Shown in pieces: positions 1 through 9,069 of a stretch of DNA of 64,000 nt (positions are counted from its first letter, which is position 1; each line of letters begins with the position of its first letter). The position numbers were made by a program, and so were the translations under genes. Source of the DNA: a virus. Its lineage: Duplodnaviria; Caudoviricetes. The DNA lies in IMG/VR virus record IMGVR_UViG_3300021256_000013, positions 1,183 through 65,182 of that record; one strand, 5' to 3'. The notes beneath the pieces were generated by a model that saw only the letters and a list, made by a program, of their open reading frames with translations, made no database searches and had not been told where the DNA came from.

Positions 1-1036
1 GGATTGCCTGATTATTGAATGTCTCGCAGATGATATCCAGGAAAGAGGAAATCGCCATGCCAAACATCTGCGTCTTGTCGGAGCTGAGCGCGAAGCTGCC
101 AACCGCCTCATGTCCAAGCTGGATAAAGTCGGCCATGACTGTCTGGGCGATTGCGGTTGAATACCTTGTGATCACGCCCGATGTGTCAAACTGCCTGGAT
201 CCGCCGGAAGAGAGCAGTTCCGCTTTATACGAGCTCGGAAGCACAAGGCCCTCAAACTCGTTCCTGCGGATGTTCTTCACCATGGTGACAAGCGCGGCAT
301 AGATCTTCTGCGCCTCTTTGTCATCAGGATCGAATATCTGCAGTTCATCAGGTACATAGATGATCGGAAGGCCGGCCAGATCCCTCTCAATGCCGATTGC
401 CTCAATCTCTTGCATGCGGCGCTTGAAATACCAGCTTCGGTATGCATTGCGAAGGATTGACCTGCCTTCCGGATTATCCTTTGAGCTTTCCGTACGGAAA
501 AGCATTGCTTTGGTGATTGGTATGGTGAGCAGTTCATAAGAGGGCGGTGGCTGCTGTGTCATGCCGATCAGGTTGTCGTAATCGTCATATTCCCATCTGT
601 AAAGCGTGTCCTGTGACCGGATCGGGAGCTTTGACCAGCCGATCAGGCCGTCCGTGTATTTGCTGTTCAGTTCCCGGTTACGGTTTTTTCCATTCCTCCG
701 CTTATAGCAGATTTCGTGATAGCTCCATCCATAGGTCAGGAATGACAGGATCTCAGAGATCGTATCTGTCCATGTGTTGGCCATGTCGTCCATGCAGCCC
801 TCGATGAACTCAGCCGCTTCCTCGTCCTTGGATCCGCTGCCGCCAGGCTCCACACTCCATGTGACGTGCCGGATCAACATCTTAATCGCAAAGAGGATCG
901 AGCCGACAGTATCGTCATTTGACGCCATCTCCTTATAGACCTTGATTCCCTTCAGGCCGTTCAGTTCCGGAAGGAACTCTTCAGAGAAGACTCCTTCCCA
1001 TCGGCGCTGGCCTATGCGTCCATATTCTTTCGCTAT
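1..1036 (-). CDS. Phage portal protein (DUF935/Mu gp29-like), 3' part outside the window
   Basis: Translated by hand, absent from the ORF track: (M)AKEYGRIGQRRWEGVFSEEFLPELNGLKGIKVYKEMASNDDTVGSILFAIKMLIR...PEGRSILRNAYRSWYFKRRMQEIEAIGIERDLAGLP. Lies directly after terL, and the frame stays open to position 1. Confidence 0.88.
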   Translation of the reverse strand, partial: MAKEYGRIGQRRWEGVFSEEFLPELNGLKGIKVYKEMASNDDTVGSILFAIKMLIRHVTWSVEPGGSGSKDEEAAEFIEGCMDDMANTWTDTISEILSFLTYGWSYHEICYKRRNGKNRNRELNSKYTDGLIGWSKLPIRSQDTLYRWEYDDYDNLIGMTQQPPPSYELLTIPITKAMLFRTESSKDNPEGRSILRNAYRSWYFKRRMQEIEAIGIERDLAGLPIIYVPDELQIFDPDDKEAQKIYAALVTMVKNIRRNEFEGLVLPSSYKAELLSSGGSRQFDTSGVITRYSTAIAQTVMADFIQLGHEAVGSFALSSDKTQMFGMAISSFLDIICETFNNQAI

Positions 1037-1049
1037 CGTTCTCACCTCC

Positions 1050-2540
1050 TTATCCGCTTGATCCCCAGTAGTTCTCTTTGCTGAGTGCATTGATCGCATC
1101 AGCTCCGGGAGCTACGCCGGTATGTTTCTTGATCTTGCCCAAGTACAGGCATAAAGAAAGAGCGTCAGCCCTGTCCGGGGAGTCAAGGCCGCGCTTCTTC
1201 ATATCGCTTTTCGGTTCGATTTCCAGCTTCCCATTGGAAGCCATGCGGTATTTTCTGCTGGCAAGCTGCGCGACTGTTTCTTCATCGTCGGATATCTCGA
1301 TCGTTTTGGCCTCGAGATGATCCCGCATCGTCGCCCACATGTCCGTTGTCAGATTGTTGTAGTGCTCTGCAGAGGCCTTCCCCATCTGGGTGTCAGTCTC
1401 AATCTTTTCCGCTGCATTGATCGGTATGATCACCATCTTATACAGCTTTTGCTCCTTCTTGACTTCCTTAAGTCGGTCCGTAACGCCACCGCCAAGGCCG
1501 GTATCATCGATCTGTATATATGTTTTGCCGAAGAAGTCCTTGTGTTCCTCATAGATCTTCTTGAACTCGGCAACCAGATCACCGACCGTGCTCATGAGAT
1601 CCTGGCCGCGCCGTTTTTTCACAAGCCTGCAGCGCCCCCTCATGTTCCGGAAGATGATCGTTTCATCGTCTCCGAATCTGGCAACGTCACAGCCAAGGAT
1701 TACGAACGGCATCTCTTTATCCGGTGGCAGCTCGTATGTTCTTGACGTGCATTGCTCAATCAAGGAAAGCGGGATAAAAACATCGTCCTCCTGAGATGGG
1801 AATTCTCCGAGGACTCTGACTTTCACCACGTTTGATTCGCGGCCATACTTCCGGATCAGCGCTTCAATGTTTTCCTTGTTCGTCCTTGGGCTGTCCTCAG
1901 ACGACACGGTATAGCATTTATATAGCGCCCGGTCTCTGGTATGGCTGTCATAGAATGTTCCTGACGTCCGTGTGGGGTTGCCTGTCAGGAGCAGCTTATT
2001 GTTCACACCAGAAAGTGTTCCGAGGATTGCCTCCATGATCTGCTCGTCAACACCGGAAGCCTCGTCCACGATGAAAAGCATGTTCTCTTCATGGAAGCCC
2101 TGCATGTTCTCAGGCTTAGTTGCTGTCCTTGCGACCGCAAACCATCGGCTTTCAGCACCTTTCACATAGACGTAGGTCTTTGTCCATTTCATGAGACGCG
2201 TCAGGATCGGGCTGTTGCCCATCCATTTACTGATCTCTGGCCAGAGGACGTCATTGAGCTGCCGCATCGTTGGGGCAGTGGCAACGACTCTGGAGTTCTC
2301 ATGAGAGAACAGGAACCAGAGCGCACAGCAGGCCACCGTGCCGGTCTTGCCGACACCCTGACCGGACTTTACCGTGATTCTGTTGACGCCTGGCGTGTTC
2401 AGGTCTTTCAGAATGTCCTTTTGCCATTCATCGGGAGAGAAGAGCAGAGCCTGCTTACAGAAAAGCTCCGGATCCTTCACCCAGCTCGGTATAGCCTGAC
2501 TTAAAAGGATCGCGTCCTCAGGATTGATTTTCATCTTCAC
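1050..2540 (-). CDS. terL: Terminase large subunit
   Basis: Walker A SGQGVGKT, Walker B FIVDEASG, LLTGNPTR coupling motif, nuclease LGCDVARFGDD and SPDRADAL. Confidence 0.95.
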   Translation of the reverse strand: MKMKINPEDAILLSQAIPSWVKDPELFCKQALLFSPDEWQKDILKDLNTPGVNRITVKSGQGVGKTGTVACCALWFLFSHENSRVVATAPTMRQLNDVLWPEISKWMGNSPILTRLMKWTKTYVYVKGAESRWFAVARTATKPENMQGFHEENMLFIVDEASGVDEQIMEAILGTLSGVNNKLLLTGNPTRTSGTFYDSHTRDRALYKCYTVSSEDSPRTNKENIEALIRKYGRESNVVKVRVLGEFPSQEDDVFIPLSLIEQCTSRTYELPPDKEMPFVILGCDVARFGDDETIIFRNMRGRCRLVKKRRGQDLMSTVGDLVAEFKKIYEEHKDFFGKTYIQIDDTGLGGGVTDRLKEVKKEQKLYKMVIIPINAAEKIETDTQMGKASAEHYNNLTTDMWATMRDHLEAKTIEISDDEETVAQLASRKYRMASNGKLEIEPKSDMKKRGLDSPDRADALSLCLYLGKIKKHTGVAPGADAINALSKENYWGSSG

Positions 2541-3417
2541 CCCTCGCTTTCCTCAGGCCTGCAAGATAGAGTGCCATCAGGTCTTCATCTGATCCGCTGG
2601 CGATCTTGTCCTTCTCAAGCAGAAGAGCAGCAAGCTTCGCTTCGACATCAGCGCGGGAGCGCTGAACCGTTGACAGTTCCTTTTCCCATCTCTGCAGGAC
2701 ATCATCTACGCTGCGTGTATTCGTGACGAGATGGAACCTCTCACCCGGAAGCCTGTCGCCTTTTTCGATCTTTTCCTGTATGGCCATTTTGTAAGCCAGC
2801 TCGTCTTCCTCAGTCTCGAAAGATCGCTTTTCTTCATCCTTCTGGATTGATTCTATGATGATCTTCTGGCCTTCCTTTAGTTCCTTGATCCTTTTCATGA
2901 TACGGAACTCCCTGACGCGGAACATTTGTATCTGCTCACGGTACAGGTCTTCCAGCTCCGTAGGTGTCTGATTAACTATTTCGTCTTCACCGTCCATCAG
3001 GCATCCACTCCAAAAAGGATCCGCGTATACGCCATGTTTTAGAGCGTTCCTACGCGGATCCGGGTTGCCCCTTCCACCAACAGCATTTTTATTGCCCTTC
3101 GGCGCACCGATTTTCTTCTTGGTCTTCTTGACCGTTTTCTTCGGATTATCGACGCTCAGGGCAATCGTTGCCGATTTCTTTTGTGTGGAACGTTCCACCT
3201 TCTTGCCTTGTGACTTTCCGGTGGAACGTTCCATCTCAGGAGGTGAACTATGAAGTGTTAGTTTGCTGTCCCATTTGTCCAGACTTTTCCACTTCCGTAT
3301 CTTGAGGTCGGGGAGCCGCAGATCCGCCGCAATGTCAACAAGCTTTCGCTTGCCGCCGCTTTCAAGATACATTTGCTCAGCGCGTTTGCGCTCATCGCTT
3401 CTGCGGTCTTCACACAT
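2518..3417 (-). CDS. terS: Terminase small subunit
   Basis: N-terminal HTH (RAEQMYLESGGKRKLVDIAADL...IRKWKSLDKW), GAPKGNKNA...NALKHG motif, upstream of terL. Confidence 0.88.
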   Translation of the reverse strand: MCEDRRSDERKRAEQMYLESGGKRKLVDIAADLRLPDLKIRKWKSLDKWDSKLTLHSSPPEMERSTGKSQGKKVERSTQKKSATIALSVDNPKKTVKKTKKKIGAPKGNKNAVGGRGNPDPRRNALKHGVYADPFWSGCLMDGEDEIVNQTPTELEDLYREQIQMFRVREFRIMKRIKELKEGQKIIIESIQKDEEKRSFETEEDELAYKMAIQEKIEKGDRLPGERFHLVTNTRSVDDVLQRWEKELSTVQRSRADVEAKLAALLLEKDKIASGSDEDLMALYLAGLRKARGEDENQS

Positions 3418-3525
3418 GCCCTCCTTTCCTCCTTCTTGATTTGTTTCGGATACGGCAGGAGGGAGGCCGCGACCGCCACCGCGCCGTCCGTTGTGTTATA
3501 TTGCATTTGCATATTGTGAATAGCA

Positions 3526-4062
3526 TCAGACTTTTACAATAATCTTTGCATTACTGTATCTGTCTCCGTCCTTCGTCATCATGTTCAGGAATTCCTCACG
3601 GGTGAATCCTGACAGCCTGAAGATCTCTTCCGGCTTCATACCGAGCTGTTTCCCGATCTCCTTTACCGTCTTTCCGTCCTTAATGAGGTTCTGGACGATT
3701 GCCTTCATCGGTTCCAGAAGGTGTGTTCCCCTTGCCCGATTATGTGTAATGGTTCCGTACACATCCGCGTCCGTGTCTCCGTGATGATCCACGATTACGA
3801 CAGGGACTTTCCCGCCGAGCTTTGTGCGCAGCGGTTCCCTTTGTGCCACAGTCCATCTGTGGAATCCGTCGATGATCGTATAATCCGGTTTCACCACGAT
3901 CGGTAGCGTCCAGCCATTCGTGAGGATCGACTGTATGAGCAGCTCCATGTTCTGGCCTGTCACCTTATTCGGGTTCCATCCGTTCGCATGCAGCTTCTCA
4001 ACCGGCACCCACTGGAGTGATCCGAGCGGTGCAAACAGGTCCATGGTTGATTTATCAGCCAT
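3526..4062 (-). CDS. ParB/Srx N-terminal domain protein, IbrB-like
   Basis: WVPVEKLHANGWNPNKV...SILTNGWTLPIVV...IIDGFHRW...HNRARGTH, adjacent to an IbrA-like gene. Confidence 0.85.
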   Translation of the reverse strand: MADKSTMDLFAPLGSLQWVPVEKLHANGWNPNKVTGQNMELLIQSILTNGWTLPIVVKPDYTIIDGFHRWTVAQREPLRTKLGGKVPVVIVDHHGDTDADVYGTITHNRARGTHLLEPMKAIVQNLIKDGKTVKEIGKQLGMKPEEIFRLSGFTREEFLNMMTKDGDRYSNAKIIVKV

Positions 4063-5200
4063 TGCGCACCTCCTTTCTCATATCCGTATTGGCACGGAGG
4101 AAGGTCTTTGTCCACAAGGCGCGGAGCTTCCGTCTTTTTGGATCACCTATCAGGAGTGCCTCATACAAATCGCGGTAATCATTCTGTGTCGCGAATCCCC
4201 AGGACTGCACGAAATAGGATTTGAAGGACGACAGGGTTTTCTTTGTCTCTGGAGGAATGTTATATCTCTCCGGGTGCAGGTACAGAATGTCCTGGCACAA
4301 GGCCTTGTAATCCTTCTTTTTCTCGTCCTTCTCCAGCTCACGGCGCTTTGCGGTCGATCTGCTGAAGAATTCCGAATCCCAGTAGAGCAGTACGAGGTAA
4401 GCATTCGGGTATCTTTTCTCGATCTTGTCCCAGAGCTCCGGATCCGTCTGTGCAATCCATCTGAGGCCGACCGTAGTGGTGTCCCCGAAGAATGAACACA
4501 GCCTGAGGCTTCTCCGGCTGCACCCTGCTTCATAGAGCCTCATGTAGATCTCCGGAAATTCCAGATTGCGCTCCTTTATGTACAGCCAGATATCATTGTC
4601 CGTCCAATCGTAGATTGGATAGAAGAGGCTTCCCGGTTTCGGCGTGGTCTTTGATACCGCAGCGACCGCGTGAAGGCGCTGGACGCTTTCCTGTGTCCTT
4701 ACGCCCACCATCATGATTCCGTCCGCGAATGCCACTTTATCGAATGACTGATAATTCATCTCGCCCGGATACTTCAGGTATGGGCTGTCCGTGATAGCTC
4801 CTTTCGGGGGCTGTCTCATCCATACATCTTCTTTTCCAGGCTCGAATGTGATCCAGCTTTCCGTATTGGAGAGCTGGTTCAGGCATGAGGCCTGCTTAAA
4901 CGGCAGGCATATCCAGAGGAATGGCACGCCGATTGCAGTAAACTTCCTCTGCCAGCGTTCCGCGTTCTCCACCATGGAGCGGTAGAGGCCTTCCTCATCT
5001 ATGAAAACGACGGTGAGAAGGCTTTTGTCGATCTCACCGCCGAGGAGCATTTGATATAAAATGTCTGACATCACCAGTGAATCTTTTCCGCAGGAGAATG
5101 CCATATAGACTTTTATCCCGTTGCTGAATGCGTTCCTGATCCGGATCCGCGCCGCGTCCAGCACCGTATGGGTCTTATCCTCGATCGTCCTTACAGCCAT
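4055..5200 (-). CDS. PAPS reductase-family (PP-loop) protein, IbrA-like
   Basis: AFSCGKDS PP-loop, VFIDEE, VGVRTQESVQR, YPIYDWTDNDIW. Confidence 0.85.
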   Translation of the reverse strand: MAVRTIEDKTHTVLDAARIRIRNAFSNGIKVYMAFSCGKDSLVMSDILYQMLLGGEIDKSLLTVVFIDEEGLYRSMVENAERWQRKFTAIGVPFLWICLPFKQASCLNQLSNTESWITFEPGKEDVWMRQPPKGAITDSPYLKYPGEMNYQSFDKVAFADGIMMVGVRTQESVQRLHAVAAVSKTTPKPGSLFYPIYDWTDNDIWLYIKERNLEFPEIYMRLYEAGCSRRSLRLCSFFGDTTTVGLRWIAQTDPELWDKIEKRYPNAYLVLLYWDSEFFSRSTAKRRELEKDEKKKDYKALCQDILYLHPERYNIPPETKKTLSSFKSYFVQSWGFATQNDYRDLYEALLIGDPKRRKLRALWTKTFLRANTDMRKEVRNG

Positions 5201-5814
5201 ATCTTTTCCCCGCATTTCGGGCAGATGATATAACGTCCGGATTCTGCAGGTGCGGATCCAATGTCCTGCGTTGCTCCGGCGGGCTGTGAAGGGGTCTCGG
5301 TTGCCTGGAATGGCGCCGCCGATCCGGCCTCCGTTCCTTCCCGCTTTTCCTCGATCTTCTTAATCGGTTCCGTGGCTGCCTGATCGAAGGTTCCATAGGA
5401 ATTGATCTCTTCGGCAACCTCATTCGCCGTCGCCGTGATCGTCCTCAGGAGATCTTCGTCCCAGCCGGGAACGTCCAGGTCGTCTTCAAGATCTTTGAGA
5501 ATCTGGTCGAAGGCCTTGTTATCCATCGCGCCAAGCTCATAGACCTTGTTGTCTGCCAACATCAGCTTTTCCTTCTGCTTTTTGGTCATTCCTTTGACCT
5601 GATAGCATTCAGCAGACTCCATTTCCATCTGCAGCATGGCCGTGTACAGGCCGTTTCCTGCGATGATGACGTTATTCTCGTCTATGACAATCGGCCTGAT
5701 CTGGCCGAACATTTTTATGGATCGGATATACTCCTGTATCTGGCGTGTCGGGTGCATCCTGATATTGATCTCTGATGGATGCAGGTCTGAGAGCTTTACC
5801 TTTATCACCTTCAT
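5191..5814 (-). CDS. ParB N-terminal domain protein with C-terminal Zn-ribbon
   Basis: Start MKVIKVK overlaps the previous stop (ATGA). RSIKMFGQIRPIVIDENNVIIAGNGLY...MLADNK, C-terminal CPKCGE. Confidence 0.85.
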   Translation of the reverse strand: MKVIKVKLSDLHPSEINIRMHPTRQIQEYIRSIKMFGQIRPIVIDENNVIIAGNGLYTAMLQMEMESAECYQVKGMTKKQKEKLMLADNKVYELGAMDNKAFDQILKDLEDDLDVPGWDEDLLRTITATANEVAEEINSYGTFDQAATEPIKKIEEKREGTEAGSAAPFQATETPSQPAGATQDIGSAPAESGRYIICPKCGEKIWL

Positions 5815-6602
5815 GCATCCACCTCCAGACTCTGGAGGAACGATTTGGCACCAGGAATTACCTGCGCGGCCTCTTCGATGATTGTGTGGTCGATCTCCCA
5901 GACTTCCCTGTATCCCTGTTCGGGCGTCTTCATGTTCAGCCTTGCCGGCCATGAGTGCGTTCCCTGTCTCCATCCGTCTTTCCATTCATAGATCGGCGGG
6001 AGAGGGAGCTTGAAATAGTGGATATATCCATACAGGAGCTCATGCGGCCAGTCGGCAAGAGGAGCGTATCTGTCGAATCCGTTATTCCGTCTTACATGCC
6101 TGTCCTGTCCGATATTATTTCCGTCTATTCTCCTGTGTCCGGAAATAATCATATCGAGTCCGTTATCCAGCTGATATCTCACATAGGTTTTCTGCTGGAT
6201 AATGGAATACCACCTTCCGAGTGTTGCCGAGTCCTGCGGGAAGATCATGTTCTGGTGCTTTTCCAACCATTGCAGATCCTGCCCGGAACAGATCATGTCA
6301 CATCCCTTCGGCGCGTGTTCCTTCACCCATGCCATGAATGCCGGATACTCGAGATTACTGTAGGCGAAGACGGATTTTTTGATACCGGCCTTCCTGCAGA
6401 TGTCTCCGAGGACGATGGAATCCTTTCCACCGCTCCATGCGAATGCTGCCGTCTTTCCGTCCAGTATCCTGTGGATATCCTCGATTGCTTCTTTCTGCGC
6501 TTTCTTTACTTCTTCGATGGTCACGTATTCTTCAATGTGGTCGATAACTGCCTGGACCTGTTCTGTGGTCGTGTTCTGTTTTCTTCCGAGTACCTTCTTC
6601 AT
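5811..6602 (-). CDS. Second PAPS reductase-family (PP-loop) protein
   Basis: AFAWSGGKDSIVL PP-loop, ISGHRRIDGN, YAPLADWPHE. Start MKKVLG overlaps the symporter stop. Confidence 0.82.
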   Translation of the reverse strand: MKKVLGRKQNTTTEQVQAVIDHIEEYVTIEEVKKAQKEAIEDIHRILDGKTAAFAWSGGKDSIVLGDICRKAGIKKSVFAYSNLEYPAFMAWVKEHAPKGCDMICSGQDLQWLEKHQNMIFPQDSATLGRWYSIIQQKTYVRYQLDNGLDMIISGHRRIDGNNIGQDRHVRRNNGFDRYAPLADWPHELLYGYIHYFKLPLPPIYEWKDGWRQGTHSWPARLNMKTPEQGYREVWEIDHTIIEEAAQVIPGAKSFLQSLEVDA

Positions 6603-7969
6603 GCTGCCACCGCCTTTCTTGAGGCGATCGTCAAAGCGATTGCTATGACTCCGGAGATCAGCACCGTGTAAAGCGCGAAGACGCTTTTCCATACGCTGAG
6701 TCCGTTCAGCGTGGCATATGAAAACAGGGGAAGGCCCGTACACAGGGCCGTGATCACTCCTGCAATCACGCCTCGTTTATCCAGATGCACATCGCAGAGC
6801 GTGAGCACCGTCGGCAGAAGAGTAGTGGCGCGAAGCGTACCGTAGATCAGGAACAGCTTCGATACGGTCAGGCCGGGGATTGACGCCACGCATATCCCTG
6901 CAGCGAGAAGCGCGACCATTGCGATTCTCGGTCTGCTTTCCTTCAGGTCCGTTGTGAGGCTTGCGACTGCGCAGAGGTTACTGTCAATCGTACTCAAAAG
7001 CCCTGAGACCATCATGAACAGGAACGGAACCATTACCCATGCCGGGAAGATCTTCCCGATCAACTCGAAGTTGACAAGTCCTGTGTTTTCAGCCTGCATT
7101 CCGGATCCGGCGGCGATGAAGCCGAGAGCGCCCATGCTCAGCGGTACGATGCCGAACAGGATCGCGCCGAGGAAGAATGACCTTCCGATCTTTTCCTTCT
7201 TGATGGAAAAGGCCCGCTGCCAGAAACACTGGTCTCCGAATGGACCTGAGATCAGGCCGATTGTGGTTGCCAGTCCTGTCGAGATGAAGACTGACCAGCC
7301 GCTTGATCCGAGCAGGCTCCGGAATTCTCCTGTGATTCCTCCGAGGCCCTTTACCAGATTGTTTACGCCGCCGTGCATCCCAAGCGCCCAAGGCACCATC
7401 AGCGCACAGCCGGCGAGGATCAGCGCCATCTGGATCACGTCGGTCAGGACAGAAGCACGGATCCCGGAGAACTGCGAATACGAAAAAGCGATTGCTGCTA
7501 GGATAATTGTTACCAGTATGAACGGCAGACCTGTGATCTTGCTGACGATGCTTCCTCCGGCCAGCAGCTGCACTGCCGTGGAGAGGATCGCCAGAAACGA
7601 GAGCTGGAATCCGTACACGCGCTTGACGCCCGCGCTTTTGTACTGCGTTCCCATGAATCCGGAAAGCGTGATGCCGTTCTGCATCTTTTCCCTGATCTTC
7701 TTAGCGAACGGGATAAAGAGCATCAGGCATAATACATTCGGCACGACAAACCAGAACAGTCCTGGTATGCCCATCTTATAGGCGTTCTCCGCAGAGACGA
7801 GCAGCGCCGGTGCCCATATCCATGTGGCTGCGATGCTCATGGCTGAAGGGAACGTTCCCATTTTCCGGTTGCCTACGTGAAAGTCTTCACCTTCACTCCG
7901 TTTTGTGAATAATAGTGTAGCTGTCAGCATGATCGCTGTGTACACCACGAGGATGACTATACCTATCAT
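6599..7969 (-). CDS. Sodium:solute symporter (SSS) family transporter
   Basis: About 13 hydrophobic segments, DFHVGNRKMG...SIAATWIWAPALL, GIRASVLTDVIQ, DQCFWQRAFS, SGLLSTIDSNL. RBS GGAGGAG before ATG 7969. Confidence 0.9.
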   Translation of the reverse strand: MIGIVILVVYTAIMLTATLLFTKRSEGEDFHVGNRKMGTFPSAMSIAATWIWAPALLVSAENAYKMGIPGLFWFVVPNVLCLMLFIPFAKKIREKMQNGITLSGFMGTQYKSAGVKRVYGFQLSFLAILSTAVQLLAGGSIVSKITGLPFILVTIILAAIAFSYSQFSGIRASVLTDVIQMALILAGCALMVPWALGMHGGVNNLVKGLGGITGEFRSLLGSSGWSVFISTGLATTIGLISGPFGDQCFWQRAFSIKKEKIGRSFFLGAILFGIVPLSMGALGFIAAGSGMQAENTGLVNFELIGKIFPAWVMVPFLFMMVSGLLSTIDSNLCAVASLTTDLKESRPRIAMVALLAAGICVASIPGLTVSKLFLIYGTLRATTLLPTVLTLCDVHLDKRGVIAGVITALCTGLPLFSYATLNGLSVWKSVFALYTVLISGVIAIALTIASRKAVAA

Positions 7970-8055
7970 TTTTCTCCTCCGTTTATGTTCATCCAACATT
8001 AACCGCTGCGAAGGAGTTGGCCATCCTGTTTATTCACTTCCTTTCCGGACATAGT

Positions 8056-8085
8056 AAAAGGGCCCTGGCGAACCAGAGCCCTTTT
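8056..8085. terminator. Intrinsic terminator hairpin in the late-operon leader
   Basis: AAAAGGGCCCTGG-CGAA-CCAGAGCCCTTTT, with T4 on both strands. Confidence 0.7.
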
Positions 8086-8128
8086 GTCTCTTCTCATGTG
8101 GCAAGCATGATCAAACTTCATCCCCTAT

Positions 8129-8157
8129 AACATACGCAATTTTGAAAACGAAGTCAA
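8129..8157 (-). promoter_or_regulatory. Putative late promoter
   Basis: TTGACT-N17-TATGTT on the minus strand, just downstream of the ArpU/RinA-like gene. Confidence 0.55.
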
Positions 8158-8187
8158 TAGCGAAACGCAGAAATTGCTAAACAAGTT

Positions 8188-8673
8188 TTATTCATTCGCA
8201 TTTTCCGCAACTTCACCCGGCGAAAAACGGAGCCCATCGACTCCAAAATATTTCGCCGAGAGATGTGCTTCCGCTTCCCGGAGGTCCATTTGAATCTGCC
8301 GGCGGGAGACTCCGAACTTTGCTGCCAGCTGACCTGTGTCCATGCGCTTTTTGGCGATATAGAACCAGAATATCACCTGTACCCTGCGTTTGTCCGTGTC
8401 GGATCCGCGCTGGGCATCCGCCTTATACGCCTTCATCATCGCTTCGATATCGGCGACCATAGTGCGCGTCCTCAGGATGGAACGGTATGTCGAGTCCAGT
8501 ATTACGTCATCGTCTCTGCCCTGCATCAGATCCTCGATCTGCTCAAAGCGCGTGCGCTGGTCAAGCATCCGGCTGTCATAGACGCCTTTATCGCATCTGT
8601 CCTTAAGGTCTCTGTAATGCTTAAGCAGAAGCCGGGTGTTGTGAAGTTTCCAGTCTTTCTTTTTGTCTCCCAC
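8188..8673 (-). CDS. Late transcriptional activator (ArpU/RinA-like, C-terminal HTH)
   Basis: NTRLLLKHYRDLK N-terminus, C-terminal HTH (MDTGQLAAKFGVSRRQIQMDLREA), positioned between the early genes and the packaging operon. Confidence 0.7.
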   Translation of the reverse strand: MGDKKKDWKLHNTRLLLKHYRDLKDRCDKGVYDSRMLDQRTRFEQIEDLMQGRDDDVILDSTYRSILRTRTMVADIEAMMKAYKADAQRGSDTDKRRVQVIFWFYIAKKRMDTGQLAAKFGVSRRQIQMDLREAEAHLSAKYFGVDGLRFSPGEVAENANE

Positions 8674-8675
8674 AG

Positions 8676-8894
8676 TTACGCTCCATGTCCTGGCCTGTTC
8701 GCCATCATTTCATGAATGGTTGCCTTTGCTTCTTCCAGTTCTTCCGGGGCTCTGCCGTTGGCTTCATAGAAAGTCTCAAGAGCCTCATTGATCCCGCACT
8801 CAGGACAGATCTGCGTCTCATTGTCCTTGCGGGAGAGTGCAGGCGGATCTGCGAATGTCTTGCCGCAAATTGGGCACTTCATTTCCTGTTTCAT
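8676..8894 (-). CDS. Small Zn-finger hypothetical protein
   Basis: CPICG...ICPECG, co-oriented with neighbours. Confidence 0.6.
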   Translation of the reverse strand: MKQEMKCPICGKTFADPPALSRKDNETQICPECGINEALETFYEANGRAPEELEEAKATIHEMMANRPGHGA

Positions 8895-9069
8895 CCTCGT
8901 TTTCCTCCCCTCTTAGTATATCATACACTGTGATCTGGCCTGGTATCGCTCTGAATGTGTTTTCGCCAATAATTCCACTCCAGCATTCCGGACCGTAACC
9001 TCTCGCCTTTGACTCCGGATCCGTCAGCCTTTTTCCGCATCTTTGGCATCTGATCCACATGGTTCCCAT
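8818..9069 (-). CDS. DUF6011-like Zn-finger protein
   Basis: RCQRCGKRLTDPESKARGYGPECW. Confidence 0.7.
   Translation of the reverse strand: MGTMWIRCQRCGKRLTDPESKARGYGPECWSGIIGENTFRAIPGQITVYDILRGEENEDETGNEVPNLRQDIRRSACTLPQGQ

Noticed and set aside
3526-5814. ParB genes as a plasmid partition system
   Set aside because: Only ParB N-terminal domains are present, with no ParA ATPase or parS array, and they are embedded among PP-loop genes.
6954-7781. Long plus-strand ORFs opposite real genes (also 26239-27273, 55493-56569, 59930-60898)
   Set aside because: Antisense shadows of well-supported minus-strand genes, with no RBS or recognisable motifs.
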